A stretch of 64,000 nucleotides of DNA from Eledone cirrhosa. Taxonomy: Eukaryota. The position numbers and the translations under genes are program-made. The notes beneath the pieces are model-generated. The model was not told the origin of the DNA. It made no database searches and saw only the letters and a list, made by a program, of their open reading frames with translations. Positions 41,233-54,908 of the stretch are shown piece by piece (position 1 is the first letter of the stretch; each line of letters starts with the position of its first letter). Location of the stretch: positions 134,168,001-134,232,000 of the forward strand of contig OZ024741.1 in the NCBI GenBank assembly GCA_964016885.1, given 5' to 3'.

Positions 41233-41586
41233 TTGAGGGCGACCGGCTAAAGTAGAAGGTGCTAGATGGTCGGTCGTCCTCTTGTCTATGATTTTCAGCC
41301 CCATGGATTTTATCTGTTACATTCATTTATTATATTTCGAATACCTGATATTACCGGATTCATACGGAACCCGGTCATTGAAATGATCATAGTATAATAA
41401 ACCTTTCAAGGATTTACACAAGTCCAGCCTCCTGTTATTTTATTATAATATTTAACTCCGTACTCGCACCACCAACTACACAAACGAAGACGGTTGAGCT
41501 GCTTTACGTTGAGTACTCTCCATATTATTACATCAAGATTGACCATACGGAATGACCAGCTCTATCCACTGGTGAACCTTCAAACC

Positions 41587-41590
<4 letters not shown>
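41233..41590 (+). mobile_element. ~360-bp dispersed repeat with a hammerhead-like motif (copy 2)
   Basis: Lies between (TA)n tracts. 5' hairpin GAGGGCGACCGGC/GTCGGTCGTCCTC; hammerhead-like fold at 41341-41395. Confidence 0.75.
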
Positions 41591-41622
<32 letters not shown>

Positions 41623-41750
41623 AAGTTATATTTAAAATTGTTGGGTTACAACTAGTAAATATTTATAACTGATATAAAAGCACTCGACAAATATTTGGAG
41701 TATATTTACAATATTAAATAAATGGAAAACTATATTTATAAAACCATATT

Positions 41751-41816
41751 TATTTCATTATATATATTTCGGGGATATCATATTAACAATATGCTATGCC
41801 TTCATCAGACAAAATA
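41751..41816 (-). ncRNA. Minimal type I hammerhead in the PLE 3' region
   Basis: UAUUUUGU-CUGAUGA-stem II (CAUAUU/AAUAUG helix)-GAAA-UAUAUA-UA|AUGAAAUA; palindromic stem III, AUA triplet. Confidence 0.7.
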
Positions 41817-42176
41817 CAATATAAACAGTTTTATAGATAAATATATTCGACATACCGTAATAAACATCAACTTCATTTGAAGAGGTTTACTCTAGCAGTG
41901 AAAATACAGAGAGAAAGAAAGAGAGAAAGAAAAGAGGGAAAAACGAAAGAAAGAAAGACAAAACGAAGAGAAGGAAGAAAAAGAAGAAAAAGAAAAAGAA
42001 GAAATGCATGGAACAAAATAGAGAGATGGAAAAATAGATAAAGTGAAGAGCTTCATGTAAAGAGACAGAAAGATATATATATATATAGAGAGAGAGGAAA
42101 TAGAGATAGATACATATATATATATAGAAAATTAGGTAGTGGGAGGTCATTTTGAGTAAGTGTATCAATGATACAT

Positions 42177-42219
<43 letters not shown>

Positions 42220-44950
42220 GCTCAAGTATTAATGTAAGGGAGATATATAGAGAGATATAGAGAGAGATATAGAGAGAGAAAAAAATTTAAAAATATCCAG
42301 ACATATTCGAGGCGTAGAAAACCCTATGTTTTAATGTATTAGTATTTATATATTTATAAAACTTACACTACACTGTAAATATCAGTATTCCTGAATGAAA
42401 CAAGTATTCACAATGTGTGAAAATTCATTATCTTATGTTTAGTTTTAAAAATTCATATGTCTATGTGACAGCTACAAATCTCAATTTGAATCCAACTGAT
42501 TCACTCCGCAAACTCTAAGTTATCGGAAAACATTCTCAATGTGGTATAAAAATTTGAGCGTATTATTATTCTTGCGATTACTCTACAAGATTATCTATCA
42601 AGCAGAAATAGAGAGCAGATTTCAATATACTAATCGAAAATATATATTATATTATAAACATAATAATAAGTAAAAATATAGAATAGAAAACTAAAAAAAT
42701 ATTACGAAAGAATATTACATAATAAAAATATTGCATATTAAAAATACTACGTATTAAAAAATATTACGTATTAAAGATTTACATATAAAAATTTACATAT
42801 AAAAATATACATATAAAAATTTACATATAAAAATTTACATATAAAAATATATAAAAATATTAAAAAAATAAATAAAATAAAAATAAAAATATTATAGAAT
42901 ACTACAATACTAAAAGAATAAAAGTAAAAATAAAAATAAAAATAAAAATAAAAATGAAAATAAAAATAAAAATAAACCACAAAAAAACAACCCTTCAAAG
43001 TTAATTGACAATATATTGCCACGTTCACTACAAGACAAAGCCAAAAATTATCTATCAAATCACATCTAGCAAAGAATATCGTAAAAAAGATTATGATGTC
43101 CAATTATGTCTACATATGTTCCTATGTTTAATATAGAAGTTTATCTAGTGTAAGGTTAATTCAAAAAATTTGGAGCATCGGCTTTTAGGGTAGCTTAATT
43201 TTTCATGAGGATTGTTTAGATAAAAATAAAAATAAATAAAATAAAATAAACAATAAAAAGAGTAAAACGAGGGAATCAAAGATTTAGGAATCAAAAGATT
43301 TATCGGCTAGTTCTCATATAAATATAAATCAAACTAAATATACTACATTTTAAATTTAAATTTATATTTAAACGTTGAGTTTAAATCTATGTTTGCAACA
43401 ACTGAATAAATTTGTCCGTAGGTTAAGGGAGTTTTTAGATTATTAGTATAAAGAATATCTCCTCTGCACAGAGGTCACATGTCTCAGAGGATGAATTAAA
43501 AGGAATCCCTCTTGAGACTATATTCCAAGCCGTCGAATATCTAACGTTATCTAGCTTAAGCTTGTCAGGGGTATTCGACGGCTTGGAATTAGTAGTCTCA
43601 AGAGGGAATTCCTTTTAATTCATCCTCTGAGACATGTGACCTCTGTGCAGAGGAGATATTCTTTATACTAAAATCTAAAAACTCCCTTAACCTACGGACA
43701 AATTTATTCAGTGGTTGCAAACATAGATTAAACTCAACGTTTTAAATATAAATTTTAATTTAAAATGTAGTATATTTAGTTTGATTATATTTATATGAGA
43801 ACTAGCCGATAAATCTTTTGATTCCTAAATCTTTGATTCCCTCGTTTTACTCTTTTTTATTGTTTATTTTATTTTATTTAATTTTTATTTTTATCTAAAC
43901 ATTCCTCATGAAAAATTAAGCTACCCTAAAAGCCGATGCTCCAAATTTTTTGAATTAACCTTACACTAGATAAACTTCTATATTAAACATAGGAACATAT
44001 GTAGACATAATTGGACATCGATAATCTTTTTTACGATATTCTTTGCTAGATGTGATTTGATAGATAACTTTTGGCTTTGCTCTTGTAGTGAACGTGGCAA
44101 TATATTCAATTAACTTTGAAGGGTTGTTTTTTTTGTGGTTTATTTTTATTTTATTTCTTTTTTTTATTTTTATTTTTATTTTTATTTTTATTTTTATTTT
44201 TATTTTTATTTTTATTTTTATTTTTTTATTTTTATTTTTATTTTTACTTTTATTCTTTTAGTATTGTAGTATTCTATAATATTTTTATTTTTATTTTATT
44301 TATTTTTTTAATATTTTTATATATTTTTATATGTAAATTTTTATATGTAAATTTTTATATGTATATTTTTATATGTAAATTTTATATGTAAATCTTTAAT
44401 ACGTAATATTTTTTAATACGTAGTATTTTTAATATGCAATATTTTTTATTATGTAATATTCTTTCGTAATATTTTTTTAGTTTTCTATTCTATATTTTTT
44501 ACTTATTATTATGTTTATAATATAATATATATTTTCGATTAGTAGATTGAAATCTGCTCTCTATTTCTGCTTGATAGATAATCTTGTAGAGTAATCGCAA
44601 GAATAATAATACGCTCAAATTTTCATTTTATACCACATTGAGAATGTTTTCCGATAACTTAGAGTTTTGCGGAGTGGAATCAGGTTGGATTCAAATTGAG
44701 ATTTGTAGCTGTCACATAGACATATGAATTTTAAAAACTAAACATAAGCTAATGAATTTTCACACATTGTGAATACTTGTTTCATTCAGGAATACTGATA
44801 TTTACAGTGTAGTGTAAGTTTTATAAATATATAATACTAATACATTATACATAGGGTTTTCTACGCCTCGAATAAGTCTGGATATTTTTAAATTTTTTTC
44901 TCTCTCTATATCTCTCTCTCTATATATCTCCCTTACATTAATACTTGAGC

Positions 44951-44993
<43 letters not shown>

Positions 44994-45360
44994 ATGTATC
45001 ATTGATACACTTACTCAAAATGACCTCCCACTACCTAATTTTCTATATATATATATGTATCTATCTCTATTTCCTCTCTCTCTATATATATATATATCTT
45101 TCTGTCTCTTTACATGAAGCTCTTCACTTTATCTATTTTTCCATCTCTCTATTTTGTTCCATGCATTTCTTCTTTTCTTTTTCTTCTTTTCTTCTTTTTC
45201 TTCCTTCTCTTCGTTTTGTCTTTCTTTCTTTCGTTTTTCCCTCTTTTCTTTCTCTCTTTCTTTCTCTCTGTATTTTCACTGCTAGAGTAAACCTCTTCAA
45301 ATGAAGTTGATGTTTATTACGGTATGTCGAATATATTTATCTATAAAACTGTTTATATTG

Positions 45361-45426
45361 TATTTTGTCTGATGAAGGCATAGCATATTGTTAATATGAT
45401 ATCCCCGAAATATATATAATGAAATA
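45361..45426 (+). ncRNA. Minimal type I hammerhead in the PLE 3' region (mirror copy)
   Basis: CTGATGA at 45369-45375, GAAA at 45407-45410, stem I TATTTTGT/ATGAAATA. Confidence 0.7.
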
Positions 45427-45464
45427 AATATGGTTTTATAAATATAGTTTTCCATTTATTTAAT

Positions 45465-45517
<53 letters not shown>

Positions 45518-45538
45518 TTTTTCCTATGTACATATATA

Positions 45539-45682
<144 letters not shown>

Positions 45683-45829
45683 GTATTAATTGTATTAATT
45701 GTACTATTTATGGTTATGAAAATACAAAAACCTTTTGCAGTTATATGTATTTTTTATACAAACCCTAAATATATATATGTACATATATATATATATATAT
45801 ATACATATATGTATATATATATGCATATA

Positions 45830-45875
<46 letters not shown>

Positions 45876-45876
45876 C

Positions 45877-45907
<31 letters not shown>

Positions 45908-45910
45908 CAC

Positions 45911-45946
<36 letters not shown>

Positions 45947-46027
45947 ATATATATGTTACATATACATATATATATGTGTTATATATACACACATATATAT
46001 ATATATATATATAGTATATATATATAT

Positions 46028-46128
<101 letters not shown>

Positions 46129-46328
46129 NNNNNNNNNNNNNNNNNNNNNNNNNNNNNNNNNNNNNNNNNNNNNNNNNNNNNNNNNNNNNNNNNNNNNNNN
46201 NNNNNNNNNNNNNNNNNNNNNNNNNNNNNNNNNNNNNNNNNNNNNNNNNNNNNNNNNNNNNNNNNNNNNNNNNNNNNNNNNNNNNNNNNNNNNNNNNNNN
46301 NNNNNNNNNNNNNNNNNNNNNNNNNNNN
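46129..46328. other. Assembly gap (200 N)
   Basis: Run of exactly 200 N, typical of a fixed-size scaffolding gap. Confidence 0.98.
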
Positions 46329-46555
46329 TATGTGTGAATCTAAGTATCTGTATGTGTGTGTGTGTATGTAACAGTGTGCATTGCGTGTGTATGTGTGTGA
46401 GCATGTGTGAACGTGTAAGAGGTCGTGGTGGGAGGGGGGGTTATGTTCTTTGACTGACTCTAATTATGTGGAAACAAAATATTATTCTATTGGTTCCTTG
46501 TTGGTATCCTCTTTACTTTAGATCTGTCCTTTCACTTCTCTCTCTCTAACTCTAA

Positions 46556-46601
<46 letters not shown>

Positions 46602-47259
46602 AAGGCTTTTATTTAGCACGAGGTTGGGTCGGGTCGGGTGGAAGGTGGGTGAGAGAAAAACGTGGGGAGTAATTTGTTATGAAATTAGCTATGGCGTTGA
46701 TGGAGTGGTGTTGTGATTACAAGGTGGTGGGTGATGAAGTGATTTCACATGGAAGAGAAACTAAAAGGGTGGTCTGTGTGTCAAAGAAGTGAAATTTTTG
46801 ATATATGAAGGGTGGCGTCGTGGTCAGAGTGGGGGGTATTAGTGATGAAGGGTAGAGGAAAAAAACCATTTAAAAAGAATTTTTTTTCAAAATAAATGGG
46901 ACAATGTTCTCTGAGATACAGAAATTTAAGAAACATGAGATATTAGAAAAATTTTACAAACTTTTACAATCTTTTTTTAAAATCTGCCGGGTAAAAGTAA
47001 ACGACCTTTTAAACTGTGTTCAAAGAAGTAAATTATAAAAAACTTTTTTACATTTTAGCGATGTGACTATGTTTTTTTTGTTGTTATTTTTGTTTTCATA
47101 ATGTTGTTTTTTAGTTTGATAAGATGGAATTTGAAACCGCTTCTATGTATTTGTTGTCGCTTTCCCCGGTGAACACACATCTCTAAATGTTTTACTGTTA
47201 ACTGGTGATAAGCTGGCAAATTGGTCTCACAATTCTAATTCTTGCATCGTATACACTCA

Positions 47260-47294
<35 letters not shown>

Positions 47295-47295
47295 G

Positions 47296-47383
<88 letters not shown>

Positions 47384-47404
47384 CTCTCTTTCGCTTTCTC
47401 TCAA

Positions 47405-47504
<100 letters not shown>

Positions 47505-48258
47505 AGCTCTCACCCATCATTCTGTCATCATACTTCCAGCAGCTGACTTCATTTCAATATCACTGGGCCGATTCTACTAATCCTGCTGTGGGATTGGGTG
47601 TATAAAGGCATTTTCTATTTACATACATCAACTTACAACACATTACGTACACACATACAAACATACACACACCTACACCGCCAACACGCACTTCTACAGA
47701 CAGAAACATAGACACACGTATGCAGGCAGGCACAAACCCTCTAATTCCACGGAAACACTGGTACGATTTAAACATCCTGTAACAGTGAAAGCAAGATAAT
47801 ACAAACACACTTGTCAATGCAACTTCTCAAAGTAATGTCACGTTAACCAAGTTCTTTACTAAACAGAATTCCCTGAAACCATTTCTGAACATTTCTAAAA
47901 CATTTCTTAACATTTCTTAACCATATTATCAACAACTCGCCATCATTATTTGATTCAAGACAGACGTTTTTATAATTATTAAATACTTGAAAATGTCGGC
48001 AAAACTGTTGTTGCTACTGTTGTATATTGGAGTTGGGGTAAGTAAATACATTCTGTTATATATACGCAGACGTTTACGTACGTAAATACATGCATACATG
48101 CATATACATACATAAATACATGCATACATACATGCATACATGCATACATACATACATACATACATACATACATACATGCATACATACATACATACATACA
48201 CACGCATGCACGCGTTCACAATTTTATCCACATGCACAAGCACAGGGATGTTTATAAA

Positions 48259-48299
<41 letters not shown>

Positions 48300-48310
48300 A
48301 TATATATATA

Positions 48311-48617
48311 CTCTTGGGTCCCAAATAATAGGGGCGGTGAAATAAATGGAAGGGGGCAATTTTGCTTAAATTATTATAAGCGCGAGGTGGGGTGGAATCG
48401 GTAATTGTATAGTGTACATTCGTAAATATGGGATTTCTTGTAATGTTCTTTTTTTGTCATATACAATGTTCTTTTTTTTTAAATGTAAAATAAAATTATT
48501 AGATTCTCCAGCTGATGTATCGATATGAATCACTTACAATAAAATTTCGCCGGAGATAGATTAGCAAAATTTAAAAATTTAATAAGCAGGAGAGGGACGA
48601 TTATTCAAGAACTGAGA

Positions 48618-48618
<1 letters not shown>
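48311..48618. mobile_element. Possible old MITE (Tc1/mariner-like) in (TA)n
   Basis: Imperfect TIRs: ta-CTCTTGGGTCCCAAATAAT versus reverse complement ta-CTCTCAGTTCTTGAATAAT; TA flanks. Confidence 0.45.
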
Positions 48619-48682
<64 letters not shown>

Positions 48683-48757
48683 CCATGAGTTGCCGAAGGT
48701 TCGGTGAAGAGCTCGATTAAAGGAATTTAGTTGTCTTGTAAGGCTCATGTGTCTAGT

Positions 48758-48822
<65 letters not shown>

Positions 48823-49241
48823 TATATATATATATATACATATATACATACGTACACATACACACACTTAAATATTCAAACATGTAAATGTGCGTAATCT
48901 TAAATAAGTATATTTGTATATATGCGTGTGTATGTGATTGTATCTGTGTGTATGTGTGTATATATGTGTATGTTTATATATGTGTGTGCGTGTACGTGTG
49001 TCTGTATGTGTGTATGTGTGTATGTGTGTATGTATAAATATAATTGCTTGTAAATATTTAAAAATGCTCATTTGTAAAATCTATGTTCATACTTTCCTCT
49101 TAACTTTTGTATACGTTAATCTCGATAGTTACACAGACACATAAATATATATATATATATATATATACACATACACGTGTATACATGTACGTGTGCCTGT
49201 AGGTATGTGTGTATATATATGTGCATATATGTGTGTGTATG

Positions 49242-49328
<87 letters not shown>

Positions 49329-49460
49329 ATGTGTAAAAGGTAAACAGAAGTAACAACACAAACGGTACAGTATATGGAAGGAATATATTAGTTTAGCGCT
49401 TGAAATAGCAGGAAGAGTGTCTTAACGTTTCGGACGCTAGTTCTTCATACACATACACAC

Positions 49461-49798
<338 letters not shown>

Positions 49799-50239
49799 GA
49801 TATTAGTTTAACAATGATAATAATAACAAAACCAAGTTATTTTACATATTCCTTTAATTGTTTTACCATCCTTTCGGAGGGTTGATCATATTGATATATT
49901 GACTGATCTATAGCAGTTAGAGAACTGTATACTACCAGACATAATATATGGGTTCGATCATACTGTCTTCTTCGGAAACAATCTGAAGGATTGACTCAGC
50001 GAAACACGGAACCAATCTCTGGATCTTACTGAATTACTTGCTAACGGATTGCATTGAGTTCCAACTACGGTATAGACCCTACCACGAAAAGTATATGCTT
50101 TCCTGATGATTTCCTTCGAATTAAACAGTTCTAGCCCTGTAGAAGTCATTTCTATATGTAATAATTATACTCTGCTATGTATTGAGTACCTTACTTACTG
50201 TGGTTACCCCCCACTTTAACCTGGGATACACACACACAC

Positions 50240-50270
<31 letters not shown>

Positions 50271-50822
50271 TCCATATCCACTTTTCCTGAGAGGGTCGTG
50301 GGGCAGAGTTCTCTGACACACCTTCCAGAAGATCCTATCAGAAACATCCGTTTCCAGTTGACCCGGCTGGATCCTCAAATGAGACATGCCGAGTTTATTT
50401 AAAGATGTTATCCAACATCTACCAATGGGTCTCCGGTCAATTGGCTTTGTCCGTAAACTTCATCATATGTCCAAAGTACTGGAGCTGTGTGGAGAAGTAG
50501 CAGCAGTACCCAAATTTCTGACCTACAGACTTTATCGAGGAAATGCTATTCTAAAGACTCTTCGGAGGAACCCCATGTTGTTCGCTTATATACAAGTACA
50601 GCACCCGTTAAAAATGACGGAGTTTATAGTAAAAAAATATTTAATTTAACAATAACCTCATTACAACATTCTACAATAATTAAATCCTTCTTCCTCTTGC
50701 GACTCTGATCATTGCCATATTTCATTTGACATTCATTTAAATCAATTACAACAATTTTCTTCTGTTTTCTTTTATCATTTTCAAACACATATCCACGAAA
50801 TTATGATGACTGGGCTATATAA

Positions 50823-50889
<67 letters not shown>

Positions 50890-51397
50890 TAGGGGCACAA
50901 AAGAAGGGGACAAATACAAAGGGGGAAGTTTACATACAATAAAAACGTGTAAAATATTATCACAAATGCAATTTAAAAATTAGTCGATTTTCCCCAATAG
51001 GGGGAGACAGTTCATATGGGTAACACATACCCCCGAAAAAATGTGCACTCCTCATCTCCAGGAGTACGAGATAGATAGATAGATAGATAGATAGACAAGC
51101 AGAGAGGTAGAAGATATCAAATTACTATTTCCCAAACAAATCTAACACAAAGTGGTTGGTACATGACAGTCGTGTTTTATTATAAAGGTAAGGGCAATTA
51201 GCAGAGACATTAGAGCTTCGGATTAAATACCTCAGTTCAGTGCGCTTGATGGCAACTACTTTTTCCGTGTTTAAGAGTCTTCGCCTTATTTTAAAAGTTA
51301 TTGTATAGCATCTCAGCGCATGAGCATACCACTCTTTATATATTAACTTTATCCCCTCGGCACTTCGTAAAAGCCCAAGAGATTTGTTACGTATACA

Positions 51398-51493
<96 letters not shown>

Positions 51494-51637
51494 ATCGCTA
51501 ATCCGAAATTTACGTTGCCGTTTCCCGCGATACTTGGAGTATCAATCTGAATATTCGGCTTTAAATATAGATTGTTCCACTTTACCTAATTGTACAATAG
51601 CACCGAACCATTTGCTTTTGTATGTATGTGTGTGTGA

Positions 51638-51680
<43 letters not shown>

Positions 51681-52321
51681 GGGCACTTGCAAACACACAC
51701 AAAGAGTGTTGTATATTGCAAATACTTCTAGATTGGCTTAATGCCATATAACTGGAATGCGGCAGTAACTAACGCCACTCTAAAGTTTTATATATTCTTA
51801 GACGGTGTATCGGCTGAGTCGTTAGAATGACGGAAAGATTGTTTTAAGATATTTGTTCCGTCTCAACTTTGCCTCTCATCTATTCGAGGTCGATAAATAA
51901 AGTCTAAAGTCTGTCTCGAACCCGGAGGCTCATAAGGCCAGTGCTTATTCCGGTTGCCTTTGCGTGAAGTGACTGAGAGTACATGACTTCCAACTGTACA
52001 GAGTGTCAGACCATTGCAGAGTTAAACTCCCAGTTATTGCTGGTACTCGTTTTCATCTGAGTATACTAAAGCAACGTGAAATGAAGTGTTTTGCCCAAGA
52101 ACACAATACACAACTCAGTCCAGGAATTGAATCCCCAGCCTTATGATCGTAAATCCAACCCCTTTACCATTAGGCCAGGTCTCCACTGATAGAGCCAGTT
52201 TAGTAATGAGGTCGATTCTCTCATTTCCTTTCTTTGAGGGAAATGCCCTAAGAGAGCACCCCTAGGACTCCAGCAAGAGTTAAGGTCCCTATGGATGGAT
52301 ATTTATATATTTTTATGTGTT

Positions 52322-52670
52322 TCTTCTTCTTCTTCGTCTTCTTCTTCTTCACCCACTTATTCCTGAAAAGATCATGGAGGCAGAGCCCTCAAACACTCCC
52401 TCCTGTGGGTCCTGTCAGAAACAACTTTCTCCAACTGATCTGGCTGGATCCCCAAGCGTGACCAGCCAAGCTCATGGTTGTTATCCAACCATCTTGCTTG
52501 GGATCTACCCCTGTGTCTCTTGCTGCTTGGTTTTGCCCGTAAAAGCTGTCCAAGGATTCTTTCCAGATATATTCTAATCACATGGCCACAGTATCGGAGC
52601 TGTGATCTCTCAATCCGGAGAAGTAGCGGCTCTACTTGGAGTGACTCTCTGATCTCCGAGCTACGCCCTT
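52322..52670 (-). mobile_element. RTE (Expander-like) LINE 3' fragment with (GAA)n tail; a decayed relative at ~50275-50490
   Basis: Minus strand ...SQLRYCGHVIRI...KRHRGRSQARWLD... resembles an RTE ORF C-terminus. Confidence 0.65.
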
Positions 52671-53902
52671 TATATATAAAATGAATAAATCTTCCGTCAC
52701 TTTTAACAATGAGTCTTCTAGTTTTAACTGACGTACCTACTCATTGTATTAACGTATAAGTGGTTGAGTATTCCTCATTCACGTGTACTAAAGCAGTACT
52801 ACAAAACATAGTATCTGTGAGAAAGTTAGGCCTTTGAATTATTGGTTCAGTCAATCTGGGTGGGTATCCACAGAATTACTATCTACCCAATTTCACCCAC
52901 AAAACACAGATCGATCTGTGACTGGTAAAATAAATTTCCTCAAGATACTATGCAATGGGATCGAACCTGGTGTGTCGTGATTGAGAAGTAAAATTACAAA
53001 CCACTAAGCTATGCCTGCGCCCATTCTATATACACGAGCTCCTCTTTGTGTGTGCGTGTGAGTATGAATGAATGTGTGTGCGTGTGAGTATGAATGAATG
53101 TGTGTGCGTGTGTATGAGTGTATGGGTGTATGTATGTATGTGTGTGTGTGTGTGTGTGTGTATGAATGTGTGTGTGTGTATGTATGTGTGTGCGTGTGGA
53201 TTATATATATATGTGTGTGTGTATGAATGAATGTGTGTGTATGTGCGTATGTGTGTGAGCATGCGCATTATAAATGGTTAGAAATTTGTTAATGATAAAC
53301 TTTAACTACACGTGAAATATGCGAAAAAAGTTACAGGAACGCCTGCGATAATCGAACCGTATAGACTATGGCAGCTTAAAAGCTTTCCAACGCCAAATTC
53401 AGTGTATTTAGATGACTTAGTGGATAAACCGCTACTGTTTACCTCCAGTCATATCACATGACCATCGCTGGTAGGAAGGAGCAATAACTCACACAACAAT
53501 AGACGGATCAACCCCATCGTTGTCGAACAAGCCATGTCCCACTTGGGGTACGTCTTTGCTGACTGAGATCATCTAAGAGTAAATGTAATACATGGTAGAG
53601 ATAGTTACAATCTTTTATGATAATTTTATATGTCAATCGATAAGATTCCCGTAACTGGCACAAGTCGTTGGGGTGCCACTCTACACCTCACGTGTTATTT
53701 TGTACTGATACTGAATTGGCAGAAACGGTAGGGGGTCGGATACCATGGTTAACTTTGCCTTTCATCCTTACGGGATCAATAAAATAAATCACCAGTAATG
53801 TATTGATATAATTGCTGGCCTTGTGCCAAAAGTAGAAACAATTATTATTGTAATCAACGCAACCTAATTTCGAAATCGAAACTGTTGTTTGCTACTACTG
53901 TG

Positions 53903-53943
<41 letters not shown>

Positions 53944-54373
53944 CACATTTCTGTGTCTCTTACTACCTGTCTTAACTCCTCCACCTATATCCTTCCTACT
54001 ATGCTTCTTGGGTACCCTAAAGTATTATCAATAAGGTATCAAATGGAGTGTCGATATTATGAAGCAGAGAGACGGCGGTCAGCCAAACTGTCAACAACTG
54101 GCCCTCTTCATCGCCTTCGAATCAAAAACATGTTTTTCACTGCTTTCTCTCCTTATAGCCTCTTGGATTGTGTTTACCATTATTCCTTTATTACATAACT
54201 ATTATGCAACATATATCTGATGATGTCACCAGGTTCTTATGTAACCTGGCCACTGAAATAAGTACATAGTGTTTGCTGGAATAAATCTTTGAAGGAATTT
54301 CACCAGTCCGGCCTCCAGTCATTTTACTATATGATGATTTCTCACGAATGAAACAGTTCTAGTCCTGTAGAAG

Positions 54374-54490
<117 letters not shown>

Positions 54491-54525
54491 TATACATATA
54501 CATATATATATACATATATATATAC

Positions 54526-54599
<74 letters not shown>

Positions 54600-54634
54600 T
54601 ATACATATACATATATATATACATATATATATAC

Positions 54635-54709
<75 letters not shown>

Positions 54710-54842
54710 CATGGAAAGTTATATTTAAAATTGTTGGGTTACAACTAGTAAATATTTATAACTGATATAAAAGCACTCGACAAATATTTGGAGTATATTT
54801 ACAATATTAAATAAATGGAAACTATATTTATAAAACCATATT

Positions 54843-54908
54843 TATTTCATTATATATATTTCGGGGATATCATATTAACAATATGCTATGCCTTCCTCAG
54901 ACAAAATA
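54843..54908 (-). ncRNA. Minimal type I hammerhead in the PLE 3' region (CUGAGGA variant)
   Basis: Same fold as 41751-41816; the variable core position is G instead of U. Confidence 0.7.

Larger units (their letters stand above)
41618..45470. mobile_element. Inverted pair of Penelope-like element 3' portions (end of GIY-YIG plus long 3' region)
   Basis: Left arm (minus, 41618-43560) is homologous to 54712-56450. Right arm 43572-45470 is the reverse complement of 41707-43539, with a ~32-bp spacer. (TA)n on both outer flanks. Confidence 0.85.
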
